In this document: piece by piece, positions 9,367 to 19,490 of the stretch
How positions within the stretch are numbered: position 1 is the stretch's first letter
Layout of the letters: each line of letters begins with the position of its first letter
NCBI GenBank assembly: GCA_963662635.2
Contig: CAXXFC010000004.1
Coordinates: 8,559 to 72,558, forward strand
Length of the DNA: 64,000 bases
Source of the DNA: Arenicellales bacterium
GTDB taxonomy: Bacteria; Pseudomonadota; Gammaproteobacteria; Arenicellales; JAJDZL01
Direction: 5' to 3'
Position numbers and translations under genes: made by a program
The notes under the pieces: generated by a model
What the model was told of the DNA's origin: nothing
Databases searched by the model: none
What the model saw: only the letters and a program-made list of their open reading frames with translations

Positions 9367-10281
9367 ATGACCGAAACCGTTCTATCTTCTCCGACCAGGA
9401 CGGTCGTGATTGGATATGAAAAACCATTTTGTGTAATTGGCGAGCGAATCAACCCGACAGGCAGGAAGCTTCTTGCGGCGGAAATGGCTCTCGGTGACTA
9501 CAGTCGAGTTGAGGCGGATGCCTTGGCGCAAATTCAGGCCGGGGCGCATATGCTGGATGTCAATGCAGGTATTCCTCTGGCTGACGAACCCAAGATTCTG
9601 GCCGAAGTGGTTCAGCTTGTTCAGTCGCTGACTGATGTACCTCTTGTTTTGGATTCTTCCATTGTCGCTGCATTGGAATCTGCACTGTCAGTGTACCAGG
9701 GACGCCCGCTGGTGAATTCGGTGACCGGAGAGGAAGAGCGATTGGAAACAGTTCTGCCTTTGGTCAAGAAGTATGACGCTGCAGTGGTCGCGATTTCCAA
9801 CGACGAAACCGGCATATCGGAAGATCCTAACGTACGTTATGAGGTGGCAAGGAAAATAGTCGAAAGGGCGGAAGACTATGGAATTGCCCGTTGCGACGTG
9901 GTTGTCGACCCACTAGTCATGCCGATCGGTGCCATCGGTCTGGCTGGTCGACAGGTGTTCGATATCGTGCACAGGTTGCGTACGGAACTGAAAGTCAACA
10001 CAACATGTGGTGCTTCCAATATCAGTTTCGGATTGCCAAACCGCCAGGGTTTGAATGCGGCGTTCCTGACGATGGCCATAGGTGCTGGAATGACCTCGGC
10101 AATTACCAGTCCGTTACATCCGGAAATTATGAGTGCCATCATGGCTGCCAACGTGATGATGGGCACCGACCGCGAATGCCGAGCGTGGATTTCTAAATTC
10201 CGCGAACCGGTTAGCGATCTGGACGGTGGAGAGCGAGCTGGTCGTCGAAACCGGGCTCGAAGACGAAGGGCAGTACACTAG
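9367..10281 (+). CDS. methyltetrahydrofolate:corrinoid methyltransferase (pterin-binding, MeTr/AcsE/CmuB/MetH-pterin-domain-like)
   Basis: 304-aa ORF with a pterin-binding TIM-barrel signature (VIGERINPTGRK, MLDVNAG, LVNSV, CGASNISFGLP). The C-terminal tail is unusually Arg-rich (RAGRRNRARRRRAVH). Confidence 0.8.
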   Translation: MTETVLSSPTRTVVIGYEKPFCVIGERINPTGRKLLAAEMALGDYSRVEADALAQIQAGAHMLDVNAGIPLADEPKILAEVVQLVQSLTDVPLVLDSSIVAALESALSVYQGRPLVNSVTGEEERLETVLPLVKKYDAAVVAISNDETGISEDPNVRYEVARKIVERAEDYGIARCDVVVDPLVMPIGAIGLAGRQVFDIVHRLRTELKVNTTCGASNISFGLPNRQGLNAAFLTMAIGAGMTSAITSPLHPEIMSAIMAANVMMGTDRECRAWISKFREPVSDLDGGERAGRRNRARRRRAVH

Positions 10282-10370
10282 TCGTTGTGTTGAGTAGTCT
10301 TCAACTGGCAGTTGGAACACCTGACTGAATAGCTTCGGGAATTGAATCTCAATTTCATGGGCGGCTTGGG

Positions 10371-12395
10371 ATGACTCAGAATACTGATTCCATGGTAGTT
10401 TTTACCCCGTCCGGGCGACGGGGTAGGTTCCTGAAAGGTACAACAATCCTTCAGGCTGCACGCTCATTGGGCGTGGACTTGGACTCGGTCTGCGGCGGCC
10501 GAGCAATGTGTGGGCGCTGTCAGATCGAACTAAGTACCGGGACATTCGCTAAGCATGGCGTTGAGTCGCGACACGAACACCTGAGTTCATTGAGTGAGGT
10601 TGAGACGGAGTACGCCAAATCTCACGAGTTTCTTGATGGACGCAGACTGGGGTGTTCCGTCAAAATACTGGGGGATGTTGTCATTGATGTCCCTCCCGAA
10701 AGCCAAGTTCATCGGCAGGTTGTCAGAAAACGCGCCGAGGTCCACGCAATCAATCTGAATCCTGTCGTTCGTATGTACTACGTTGAAGTACAGGAACCGA
10801 ACATGCACGATCCGTCGGGCGACTTGCAGCGTTTGAAAGACGCTCTTGAGTTTGACTGGAGGCTGGAGAATCTTTCCTGCGATCTGAGGCAGATTCAGCA
10901 GTTACAGAATGCTTTGCGAGAGGGTGAATGGAAGGTTACCGCCGCGGTACATGATGGATCACAGATAGTGGCGGTTTGGCCGGGTTTCAGGGATCAGGCC
11001 TATGGGTTGGCGATTGATGTGGGTTCAACCACGATCGCCGCACATCTGTGCGAACTGTCAAGCGGAGAGGTCGTTGAGTCCGCCGGAATCATGAATCCTC
11101 AGATCCGGTTCGGTGAGGATCTGATGAGCCGGGTGTCATATCTGATGATGAATCCCGGGCACGAGAAGGAAATGACTCAGGAAGTGCGTCGTGCCATCCA
11201 GAAATTGGCTGAAAATGTTGCCGAATCCCATGGCATCGATGTGGAGGACATTCTCGATCTAGTCTTTGTCGGAAATCCTGTGATGCAGCATCTCCTTTTG
11301 GGGATCAGTCCAATAGAACTTGGTGGCGCACCGTTCGCCCTGGCGACCGATGAGTCCGTAAGTATCTGGGCGAATGAGCTCGATCTTTCCCTTCATCCAA
11401 ATGCGCGCGCATTCATTCTGCCATGTATTGCCGGACATGTTGGTGCCGATGCTGCAGGTATGGTACTGTCGGAACAGCCGTACCTCAGTCAGGAAAACAT
11501 GCTTCTTGTTGACGTTGGAACCAATGCGGAGATCATACTGGGTAACCGCAACCGAATGGTCGCGGCATCTAGCCCTACCGGGCCGGCGTTCGAAGGCGCG
11601 CAGATCAGCAGTGGTCAACGTGCCGCACCGGGTGCGATAGAACGATTGCGAATCGACAAAGAAAGCCTGGTTCCAAAGTTCAAAGTCATCGGTTGTGATC
11701 TTTGGTCGATTGAAGAGGGATTTGAAGACGGAATCAAGGAATTCGGAGTAACCGGAATTTGCGGTTCGGGAATCATAGAGGCTATCGCTGAGATGTATCT
11801 GGCTGGAATAATCGATTCCGATGGAGTGATTCAAGGTAATCTTTCCGACCGAAGTGAGAGAATCATCGCAGATGGACGGACATTCTCTTATGTGATTCAG
11901 GCCACGGCACCGAGAGTTGTTGTTACCCAGAATGATGTCCGAGCGATTCAGTTGGCAAAGGCAGCACTGTATGCAGGTATACGCTTGCTTATGGACCGTC
12001 TTGGTCTGGAGGAAGTTGATGCGATACGACTGGCTGGCGCATTCGGAAGTCATGTCGATGTCAAGTATGCAATGGTCCTGGGTATGATTCCAGATTGCGA
12101 ACTGAGTCAGGTAACCTCTGCTGGTAACGCTGCTGGTACTGGTGCAAGAATTGCTTTGCTGGACCGTAACTCCCGAAGCGAAATACGTCAGGTCGTTCGT
12201 AATATCGAGAAAGTGGAGACGGCGGTGGAACCAAGCTTTCAAGCTTACTTTGTTGACGCAATGGCAATTCCACACAAGTCAGCAACATTCCCTCATCTAA
12301 GTAAAGTTGTGGATTTGCCGAAAACAGATACTCTTTCGAGAGATCAATCAAGTCAGCGTCGCAGAAGACGACGAGCTGTTGGCCGGGCAGGCTGA
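10371..12395 (+). CDS. corrinoid reductive activator (RACo/RamA-like): N-terminal [2Fe-2S] ferredoxin + ASKHA ATPase (DUF4445)
   Basis: 674-aa ORF. Plant-type ferredoxin Cys cluster (CGGRAMCGRCQ ... C) followed by ASKHA strings (GLAIDVGSTTIA, LLVDVGTNAEI, GICGSGIIEA). The C-terminal tail is QRRRRRRAVGRAG. Confidence 0.8.
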   Translation: MTQNTDSMVVFTPSGRRGRFLKGTTILQAARSLGVDLDSVCGGRAMCGRCQIELSTGTFAKHGVESRHEHLSSLSEVETEYAKSHEFLDGRRLGCSVKILGDVVIDVPPESQVHRQVVRKRAEVHAINLNPVVRMYYVEVQEPNMHDPSGDLQRLKDALEFDWRLENLSCDLRQIQQLQNALREGEWKVTAAVHDGSQIVAVWPGFRDQAYGLAIDVGSTTIAAHLCELSSGEVVESAGIMNPQIRFGEDLMSRVSYLMMNPGHEKEMTQEVRRAIQKLAENVAESHGIDVEDILDLVFVGNPVMQHLLLGISPIELGGAPFALATDESVSIWANELDLSLHPNARAFILPCIAGHVGADAAGMVLSEQPYLSQENMLLVDVGTNAEIILGNRNRMVAASSPTGPAFEGAQISSGQRAAPGAIERLRIDKESLVPKFKVIGCDLWSIEEGFEDGIKEFGVTGICGSGIIEAIAEMYLAGIIDSDGVIQGNLSDRSERIIADGRTFSYVIQATAPRVVVTQNDVRAIQLAKAALYAGIRLLMDRLGLEEVDAIRLAGAFGSHVDVKYAMVLGMIPDCELSQVTSAGNAAGTGARIALLDRNSRSEIRQVVRNIEKVETAVEPSFQAYFVDAMAIPHKSATFPHLSKVVDLPKTDTLSRDQSSQRRRRRRAVGRAG

Positions 12396-13828
12396 TGACA
12401 GCGGATTTGATTATTACCGGTGGTCGGGTAATTGACGGTACCGGCGACAATTCGAGGATTGCTGATGTAGTCGTCGACAAAGGCCGAATCACAGGTGTCG
12501 GTGATTTCACGAATATTGAGGCAGAACGCACGCTGAACGCGGTCGGAAAATGTGTCGCACCGGGATTCATTGATGCCCACACGCACGATGATCGCGTGCT
12601 TCTTTCCTCACCGGATATGTCGTGCAAGATTAGTCAGGGTGTGACGACAGTCGTGACCGGAAATTGTGGAGTCAGCCTGGCACCTCTTGCGAATGTTGAT
12701 CCGCCACCACCGCTGAATCTTTTGGGTGATAGGCAATGGTATCGATTCGCAACCACTGCTGCCTATGCCAATGAATTGTACGAGGAACCACCCGCAATCA
12801 ACTCCATGATGCTTGTCGGGCATTCTACATTGCGAATTGCTACGATGGACCGATTGGATCGTCCTGCAACAAAGCGGGAGATTCTGAAGATGGAAAAATT
12901 GGTCGATGCGGCGATGGAGCAGGGCGCGAGCGGTTTCAGTACCGGCCTTGAGTATCCGCCCTCAATCCGAGCTTCTGAAGAGGAAGTCATTGCCCTGGCG
13001 AAACGGGCTTCCATAGCCGGGGGCATCTATACCACGCACATGCGCAACGAAAGTGATGATGTGCATCTTTCAATTGATGAGACGGTACGCGTTGCCAGGG
13101 AAGCTGACATCAGTACGGTAATTTCCCACCATAAGACCTGTGGAAAGAACAATTTTGGCAGAACCTGCGAAACACTGCCCCAGATCGAGGCGGCAAAGAA
13201 ATTCGTTCGCCTCAACTTCGATGTTTATCCCTATATCGCCAGTTCTACTTCTCTGCTTCCACAGTATTTGGGTAAATCCGAGCGGGTGTTGATTACATGG
13301 TCTGATCCGTATCCGGAATGCAGCGGAAAGGAATTGAGTCAAATTTGTGAAGACTGGAAAATCAGCACAGACGAAGCGGTCGATTTGCTGTCGCCAGCGG
13401 GAGCCATTTATTTTCAAATGGATGAGGAGGACCTTCAAAGAGTATTGAAGTTTCCAGGTTCAATGATCGGCTCCGATGGATTGCCCAGCGATCGGTTTCC
13501 ACACCCTCGTCTTTGGGGAACATTTCCTCGTGTATTGGGTCACTATAGCAGAGACCTCGGGCTATTTTCGCTAGAAGAAGCGGTTGCACGGATGACTGGC
13601 AACACGTCGGATACTTTTGGAATTACCGACCGGGGTTACATTAGAGAAGGTTTGTCTGCGGACATTGTTGTATTTGACCCGGAAACAGTCATTGACACAG
13701 CAAGTTTCGACGATCCAATTCAACCGGCAACGGGAATCGAATCGGTTTTCGTCAATGGTGACTTAGTTTACGAAGACTATCAATGGACTGGAAATCGGCC
13801 TGGTGTACTTTTGTCGCGCGCTGCATGA
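12395..13828 (+). CDS. N-acyl-D-amino-acid deacylase (D-aminoacylase) family amidohydrolase
   Basis: 477-aa ORF with VAPGFIDAHTHDD, SQGVTTVVTGNCGVSLAP and GSDGLP. Its ATG overlaps the upstream stop (TGATG at 12393..12397). Confidence 0.8.
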   Translation: MTADLIITGGRVIDGTGDNSRIADVVVDKGRITGVGDFTNIEAERTLNAVGKCVAPGFIDAHTHDDRVLLSSPDMSCKISQGVTTVVTGNCGVSLAPLANVDPPPPLNLLGDRQWYRFATTAAYANELYEEPPAINSMMLVGHSTLRIATMDRLDRPATKREILKMEKLVDAAMEQGASGFSTGLEYPPSIRASEEEVIALAKRASIAGGIYTTHMRNESDDVHLSIDETVRVAREADISTVISHHKTCGKNNFGRTCETLPQIEAAKKFVRLNFDVYPYIASSTSLLPQYLGKSERVLITWSDPYPECSGKELSQICEDWKISTDEAVDLLSPAGAIYFQMDEEDLQRVLKFPGSMIGSDGLPSDRFPHPRLWGTFPRVLGHYSRDLGLFSLEEAVARMTGNTSDTFGITDRGYIREGLSADIVVFDPETVIDTASFDDPIQPATGIESVFVNGDLVYEDYQWTGNRPGVLLSRAA

Positions 13829-13859
13829 CGGAATTTTTAGAATTTCTAGAGACTTACCG

Positions 13860-15830
13860 TTAAGTGTCCACCTGACCGGAGACTGAAACGGTGATTTGGG
13901 ACTCGATGAAAATCTTTTGTCCTCCCAGACCATTAATGATGTTGTCATTGCGTTTTGTCTCTATGCGCGCTTCGACCGGATTCACCGAAACTGCACGATT
14001 TCGAGCAAGATTTTCAAGTTCGTTAGTTGCCACTTCAGCAGCCTCGTCAAGATCGGAAAAGTCCTGAATACCGTTCGGTGTGTGTATGCGATAGACTCCA
14101 TCTGCGGGCGAGGTGATCAATCCTGAAACTCGTTGGGAAACACTACCTGCAGCCGCACCCACAGCGTTTCCTACTTCTGAGTGTTTTGGTATGTCGTACG
14201 AGAGATTCAGGCGCGATGCAACCTCGGGATAGATTGGCAACGCCGGTGCACCTACCACAGCTAGACTTCCGGCAATGGACAACTCTACGTTCACCAGTCC
14301 GGGATCAGATTTCGAAATTGCTTTCGCCAAAAGATACTCACCAACGTCAACGTGATGGTGTTCTGCAGATTCTGAACGAATTGCAGCCCGAACTAGCACT
14401 TCGCATGATTTATGAATCACAGCTTCGATTACATTCTCGCAGAACTGTTCCTGACTATCCCAACTCGGCTCCATGCCACTTACAAATCCTCTCGTCCAAA
14501 GTTGGGCGGCAAGTGTTGCCCCCTCAACAGACCATCGATTCATTTTGCCCAGTACATGTAAAGCGTCAGTCGGTGTGAAAGCACACATTTGAACTAAATC
14601 CAAGACTCGGAGTCGGTTGAACGCACGCAGCATTCGACCATCCCTGAAGAGATCTTCACAACTGATGGGTCCTTCTTCCATCAATTCCCATAACTTGTTG
14701 TCAATTCTGTTGAGATTCTGAACATCTACAGTTGATCGGCGACGAGTCAGAAAACATCCTTGATATTCTTGCGGTTTACGTTTCAACTGCTTTTTCAGAA
14801 TGTCTACGATTTCAGGATATTGGTAGCTGAGAGAAGAGATGGGCATGGCACGATTTGGACCTATACCGACTGGATTTGTGAATGAGACCAGACTGTCTCC
14901 GCCCAAGCCCACAGTAAAAACATCAACGGCTTCAACAAATGTCTTGAATTCGCCAATATTTGCACCTTTACGGTCAATTCTCGGTTCGCCGCCAGAAAGA
15001 ATCGCGATATCAGTTGTCGTGCCCCCGATGTCCGAGACAATTGACACATCGCCACGGGATAGTCGGCTGGCACCTACGATACTGGCTGCTGGACCGGATA
15101 ACACGGTTTCCACCGGGCGGACTTTAGCAACGTCGGCACTGATCATTGAACCGTCTCCCTTGACAACCATGAGGGGAGCGACGACATTGTGGTCTTCGAG
15201 TTCCTTGGAAACGGTTTGAACCAGCTCAGTGATCGGTGCGATCAGTCGCGCGTTCAAGACGGCGGTTGTCGCACGACGCGGCGCGTCGAGATTTGCTGTC
15301 AGTTCATGGGTACAAGTGACCGGTCTGTCCGACAGTTGCAAAATCAGGTTCCGAATTGCGATCTCATGCGCATTGTTCCGCACCGAGAACATACCTGCGA
15401 CCGCAAATGCAGAGACTGACTTTGCGTATTTCCTTATCGCGGTTTCCGCCTGTTGCAGATCGATCGGTTCTGATTCATCGCCGTGGGCGGTATGTCCCCC
15501 GTTCAGGAACACTGCCGGGTCATCGCGTAAGGCGGTATTCAGTTTTGCACGGTTTAAGGATTCTGGTTTATGCCCGATCAACAATAGACAGACAGAGCCT
15601 CCGCGTCCCTCCACAATGGAGTTCGTAGCCAGGGTGGTTGAAATCGCAGTAACCTGGACACATTCTGAGAGCGGCAGTTCATCCGAATCTATACGTTGGA
15701 TAGCTTCGCGGATTCCGATCGATAAGTCGTAGTGTGTCGTAAGTGTTTTAGCGGTTCGAACGATACCGCTATCATTGTCATATAGGACAGCGTCTGTATA
15801 AGTCCCACCTGTGTCGATTCCTAGGCGCAT
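13860..15830 (-). CDS. hydantoinase/oxoprolinase A (HyuA)-family protein
   Basis: 656-aa ORF. The N-terminus MRLGIDTGGTYTDAVLYD and DIGGTTTDIA are typical ASKHA/hydantoinase_A motifs. No HyuB-type partner is adjacent. Confidence 0.7.
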   Translation of the reverse strand: MRLGIDTGGTYTDAVLYDNDSGIVRTAKTLTTHYDLSIGIREAIQRIDSDELPLSECVQVTAISTTLATNSIVEGRGGSVCLLLIGHKPESLNRAKLNTALRDDPAVFLNGGHTAHGDESEPIDLQQAETAIRKYAKSVSAFAVAGMFSVRNNAHEIAIRNLILQLSDRPVTCTHELTANLDAPRRATTAVLNARLIAPITELVQTVSKELEDHNVVAPLMVVKGDGSMISADVAKVRPVETVLSGPAASIVGASRLSRGDVSIVSDIGGTTTDIAILSGGEPRIDRKGANIGEFKTFVEAVDVFTVGLGGDSLVSFTNPVGIGPNRAMPISSLSYQYPEIVDILKKQLKRKPQEYQGCFLTRRRSTVDVQNLNRIDNKLWELMEEGPISCEDLFRDGRMLRAFNRLRVLDLVQMCAFTPTDALHVLGKMNRWSVEGATLAAQLWTRGFVSGMEPSWDSQEQFCENVIEAVIHKSCEVLVRAAIRSESAEHHHVDVGEYLLAKAISKSDPGLVNVELSIAGSLAVVGAPALPIYPEVASRLNLSYDIPKHSEVGNAVGAAAGSVSQRVSGLITSPADGVYRIHTPNGIQDFSDLDEAAEVATNELENLARNRAVSVNPVEARIETKRNDNIINGLGGQKIFIESQITVSVSGQVDT

Positions 15831-15986
15831 AACTTGTCAATCAGACCGATCAAACAGTCGAAAAGAATCTATTGGTGACCTGAGCGTCAGATCTCAGTTA
15901 ACGCGATGGAATCTTCCGACCAATAGAGGAATCCTGATCGGTACGTCAGAAACAAGTCCAACTTCAGTTGGCTACAGCCAATCGGC

Positions 15987-16988
15987 TTAGTCAGTTCCAT
16001 TGACTCTGACGACGATGCGTCCAACAATCGATCCATCCATGAACTGGTCGAACGAAGCGGGAAGGTTATCAAATTCAACCACCTCTTTCACAATCAGATT
16101 CATATCCGCAGGTTTCAGGTCCGAGCACATTCGCTCCCATGCGTTATCTCGAACTTCCCTTGGCATCTCAAGCGAGTTGATGCCCAGCAGGGAAACCCCT
16201 CTTAGGATAAACGGCATCACAGTCGTTTTGAGTCCGACTCCACCGGCAAGCCCAACTGAACCGATATTGCCCCAAGGCTTGACGGTTCTGGTCAGCCAAC
16301 CCAGAATATCCCCACCGACGTTGTCAACCGCACCACCCCATTGCGCTCTCTCCAGAGGTCGATCACCCATATCCAAGCTGTGTCGATCAATCAGTTCGCC
16401 GGCTCCTAGCTGTCGAAGATATTGCTCATGCTGTTTTTTTCCTGAGAGTGCGATGACATCGTAACCCAAGCCGGAAAACATACTGATCGCGAAACTCCCG
16501 ACCCCTCCGGTCGCACCGGTGACTACAATCGGTCCGCGTTCGGGAATCTGTCCATTATCTTCCATTCGAATGACTGCGATCGCTGCAGTGAATCCAGCGG
16601 TGCCAAATGCCATCGCATCATATTCTGAGAGCCCCGATGGCATCGGCACAATACAATCACCCGGAACTCTAGCGTATTCTGAGTAACCACCGTCGTGAAT
16701 CTCAGACAACCCACAACCCACCACGAGTACAGAATCGCCTTCTTTGTAGCGCGAATCATTCGAGGCAGCAACTTTTCCTGCCAAGTCGATTCCACCATTG
16801 AGCGGGTACTTCCGCAAAATCCGTCCCTTCCCAGTCGCAGCAAGGGCATCTTTGAAATTGATCGTGGAATAACTCGTTTTGATTACGACATCGCCCTCAG
16901 TCAGGTCGTCAAGCGACATATTCGTGAAATTCGCAGATATGGATTTATCTTCGCCTTGGCTGATACGGTAACTGCGGAATGTATCCAT
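15987..16988 (-). CDS. YhdH/AcuI-family NADPH-dependent oxidoreductase (acrylyl-CoA reductase-like)
   Basis: ORF 15987..17036. Start moved to MDTFRSYRI (GGAG 7 nt upstream). Strings INFKDALAATGKG, GGYSEYARVP and VTGATGGVGS match the MDR/YhdH family. Confidence 0.75.
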   Translation of the reverse strand: MDTFRSYRISQGEDKSISANFTNMSLDDLTEGDVVIKTSYSTINFKDALAATGKGRILRKYPLNGGIDLAGKVAASNDSRYKEGDSVLVVGCGLSEIHDGGYSEYARVPGDCIVPMPSGLSEYDAMAFGTAGFTAAIAVIRMEDNGQIPERGPIVVTGATGGVGSFAISMFSGLGYDVIALSGKKQHEQYLRQLGAGELIDRHSLDMGDRPLERAQWGGAVDNVGGDILGWLTRTVKPWGNIGSVGLAGGVGLKTTVMPFILRGVSLLGINSLEMPREVRDNAWERMCSDLKPADMNLIVKEVVEFDNLPASFDQFMDGSIVGRIVVRVNGTD

Positions 16989-17280
16989 TTTGTTCTCCTT
17001 GGGTATGTAGGGATTTAGTCCGAATACTTGGTGCAAAGAAAATTTCGAATAAAGTTCGACAGTTTCTAATCTAATTCACAATCTTCAAAGCACGCAGTAT
17101 TTTATAGCACTTCGAATTTTCAACGCACTCATCCTCTGTTCGCGGCTGTTTTTCTGGCTTCCGAGGCTGTCAAAAATTTTCCAATGATAAGGCGTTAAAA
17201 AATAATCAAAACATAACAAAAAATTGTTGTATATTTTTGCGACTTTTTATTTTTTTGCTGACTTAATTTGACGACAAACA

Positions 17281-18231
17281 ATGAGTTTCACACAATATGC
17301 GCAAGCAACAACCCGGCTACAGAGAAGCGAACTGGCAGTTCCAGGATCGCGGCCGGAATTCTTCGAAAAAGCGGCGGAATCCAACGCTGATTTCATCTTT
17401 CTCGATTGTGAGGACGCTGTTATTCCAGATGATAAGGAACGCGCACGTCACAACATCATCCAAGCACTGAATGAAATTGACTGGAAGGGCAAGACAATGT
17501 CTGTTCGGATCAATGGATTGGATACGCACTATATGTACAGGGACGTAGTGGATATTGTCGAGCAAGCAGGGAATTGCCTCGATACGATTCTGGTTCCGAA
17601 AGTCGGTCATTCTTCTGATGTATACATGGTTGACTGCTTGCTCACCCAGATCGAGACAGCAAGGCAACTGAAAAGGAAAATCGGCATAGAGTGTCTAATT
17701 GAAACCGCATTGGGAGGTGCCAATGTGATGTCTATTGCACAATCAAGTGCGAGACTCGAGGCATTGCATTTTGGAGTGGCCGACTATGCGGCGAGCATGC
17801 GTGCGCGAACAGTGAATATCGGAGGGCTAAACCCGGATTATCAGTGTGACGGAGCATTAGGTGATCAGTGGCACGCTACGCTGGTAAATATGGTGACCGC
17901 ATGTCGTGCGTATGGGCTTCGGGCGATTGATGGACCCTATGGAGACTTTAGCGACCCCAACGGATATCGCGACGCCGCGAAGCGCGTTGCTGCTTTGGGT
18001 TATGAGGGTAAATGGGCAATTCATCCGAGTCAGATTGATCTGGCTAATGAAATCATGTCGCCTCCGGAACAGGAAGTGCACCGAGCCAAGTGTGTTCTGA
18101 AAGCGTTGGAGGAAGCTGCGAAGGCTGGCAGAGGTGCCGCCGAGTATGATGGAAAGATGATTGATGCGGCATCCGAAAGAATGGCAAGAAACATCGTAGC
18201 GCAGGCTGAACTCATTGCCAATAAGTCCTGA
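17281..18231 (+). CDS. mcl: L-malyl-CoA/beta-methylmalyl-CoA lyase (HpcH/CitE family)
   Basis: 316-aa ORF, near-collinear by recall with Methylobacterium MclA (RSELAVPGS, IFLDCEDAV, INGLDTHYMYRDVVDIVE, GVADYAAS, IDGPYGDFSDPNGY, GKWAIHPSQIDLAN, EEAAKAGRGA). Confidence 0.85.
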   Translation: MSFTQYAQATTRLQRSELAVPGSRPEFFEKAAESNADFIFLDCEDAVIPDDKERARHNIIQALNEIDWKGKTMSVRINGLDTHYMYRDVVDIVEQAGNCLDTILVPKVGHSSDVYMVDCLLTQIETARQLKRKIGIECLIETALGGANVMSIAQSSARLEALHFGVADYAASMRARTVNIGGLNPDYQCDGALGDQWHATLVNMVTACRAYGLRAIDGPYGDFSDPNGYRDAAKRVAALGYEGKWAIHPSQIDLANEIMSPPEQEVHRAKCVLKALEEAAKAGRGAAEYDGKMIDAASERMARNIVAQAELIANKS

Positions 18232-18302
18232 CAGACTGCTTGACGGTTCAAGGGTCGTCAATTGGTTAATGAAAGTTTATAAAACAGGGAGTTACATCAG
18301 AA

Positions 18303-19490
18303 ATGGATATTCACGAATATCAGGCAAAGGAAATTCTATCGGGTTTCGGAATTCCGGTCCCTAGAGGAGGCGTTGCCTACAGTCCCGAACAGGCAGTCTA
18401 TCGCGCCAATGAGATTGGTGGAGAGAAATGGCTGGTCAAGGCACAGATTCATTCAGGTGCGCGCGGCAAGGCAGGTGGGATCAAGTTTTGCCACAATGGC
18501 GAGGAAATCTGGAATGCTTCGGAAAGTTTGTTGGGTCAGCGACTGGTTACCCACCAAACCGGAAGCCAAGGCAAGCTCGTATATCGCCTCTATGTCGAGG
18601 AGGCTTTTGAGATTGAACATGAGTATTACATCGGTTTTGTTTTGGACCGACAGAAAGAGCGAATTGCAATTGTCGCGTCATCCCAAGGTGGTATGGAGAT
18701 CGAAGAGATAGCCTCAGTTGATCCGAATTCAATTGTCAGGGCTACAGTTGAGCCTGCCGTTGGAATGCAACCATTCCAAGCACGGGATATAGCCTTTGCG
18801 TTGGGAATTGACAGGCGACTCACCAGTCAGGTTGTTACCACACTGCTTGGATGTTATGACGCACTCGTCAATCTCGATGCCATGATGGTCGAGATCAACC
18901 CTCTTGCTGTAACTAAAGAAGGTGCACTGGTTGCTCTGGACGCAAAAATGGGATTCGATGACAATGCTCTTTTCAGAAGACCGAGCATTTCAGAATTGAG
19001 AGATAAATCCCAAGAAGACATTCGTGAGATGCGGGCGGCCGACCGCGGTTTGAATTATGTTGGCCTTGATGGAAATATCGGTTGCATTATCAATGGTGCC
19101 GGACTGGCGATGGCAACTATGGACATTATCAAGCATGCCGGTGGTGAGCCTGCCAATTTTCTGGATATTGGTGGGGGTGCAACACCGGAACGCGTTGCCA
19201 AAGCAATTCATTTGGTTTTGTCCGACAGTAAAGTCGAGACGGTTGTCGTCAATATATTTGCGGGAATCAATCGGTGTGATTGGGTTGCCGAAGGTATTGT
19301 TCAAGCTGTCAGCAATCTCGAATTGGACATTCCGTTGGTGATCAGATTGTCAGGGACAAACGCTGACAAGGGGCGTGAAATATTACTGAAAAGTGGACTT
19401 GACTTCTATATCGCGGACACGTTGAAAGAAGTCGCGAAAAAAGCGGTTGATGCATGGAAGAAACACCGAGAGAGAATGGAGGCAGAATAA
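18303..19490 (+). CDS. mtkA: malate--CoA ligase (malate thiokinase) beta subunit / SucC paralogue
   Basis: 395-aa [63 protein letters not shown] and [15 protein letters not shown] closely resemble MtkA. It lies immediately downstream of mcl. Confidence 0.8.
   Translation: MDIHEYQAKEILSGFGIPVPRGGVAYSPEQAVYRANEIGGEKWLVKAQIHSGARGKAGGIKFCHNGEEIWNASESLLGQRLVTHQTGSQGKLVYRLYVEEAFEIEHEYYIGFVLDRQKERIAIVASSQGGMEIEEIASVDPNSIVRATVEPAVGMQPFQARDIAFALGIDRRLTSQVVTTLLGCYDALVNLDAMMVEINPLAVTKEGALVALDAKMGFDDNALFRRPSISELRDKSQEDIREMRAADRGLNYVGLDGNIGCIINGAGLAMATMDIIKHAGGEPANFLDIGGGATPERVAKAIHLVLSDSKVETVVVNIFAGINRCDWVAEGIVQAVSNLELDIPLVIRLSGTNADKGREILLKSGLDFYIADTLKEVAKKAVDAWKKHRERMEAE

Noticed and set aside
11259-12275. 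338-aa ORF antisense to the reductive-activator gene. Similar long antisense ORFs occur at 12061..12627, 34084..34851, 36507..37112, 35032..35526 and 38078..38566.
   Set aside because: Each lies fully inside a strongly supported gene on the other strand (RACo, dnaK, dnaJ, helicase). Each has odd composition (Cys/Ser/Arg-rich), no RBS and no recognisable motif. They are shadow ORFs.
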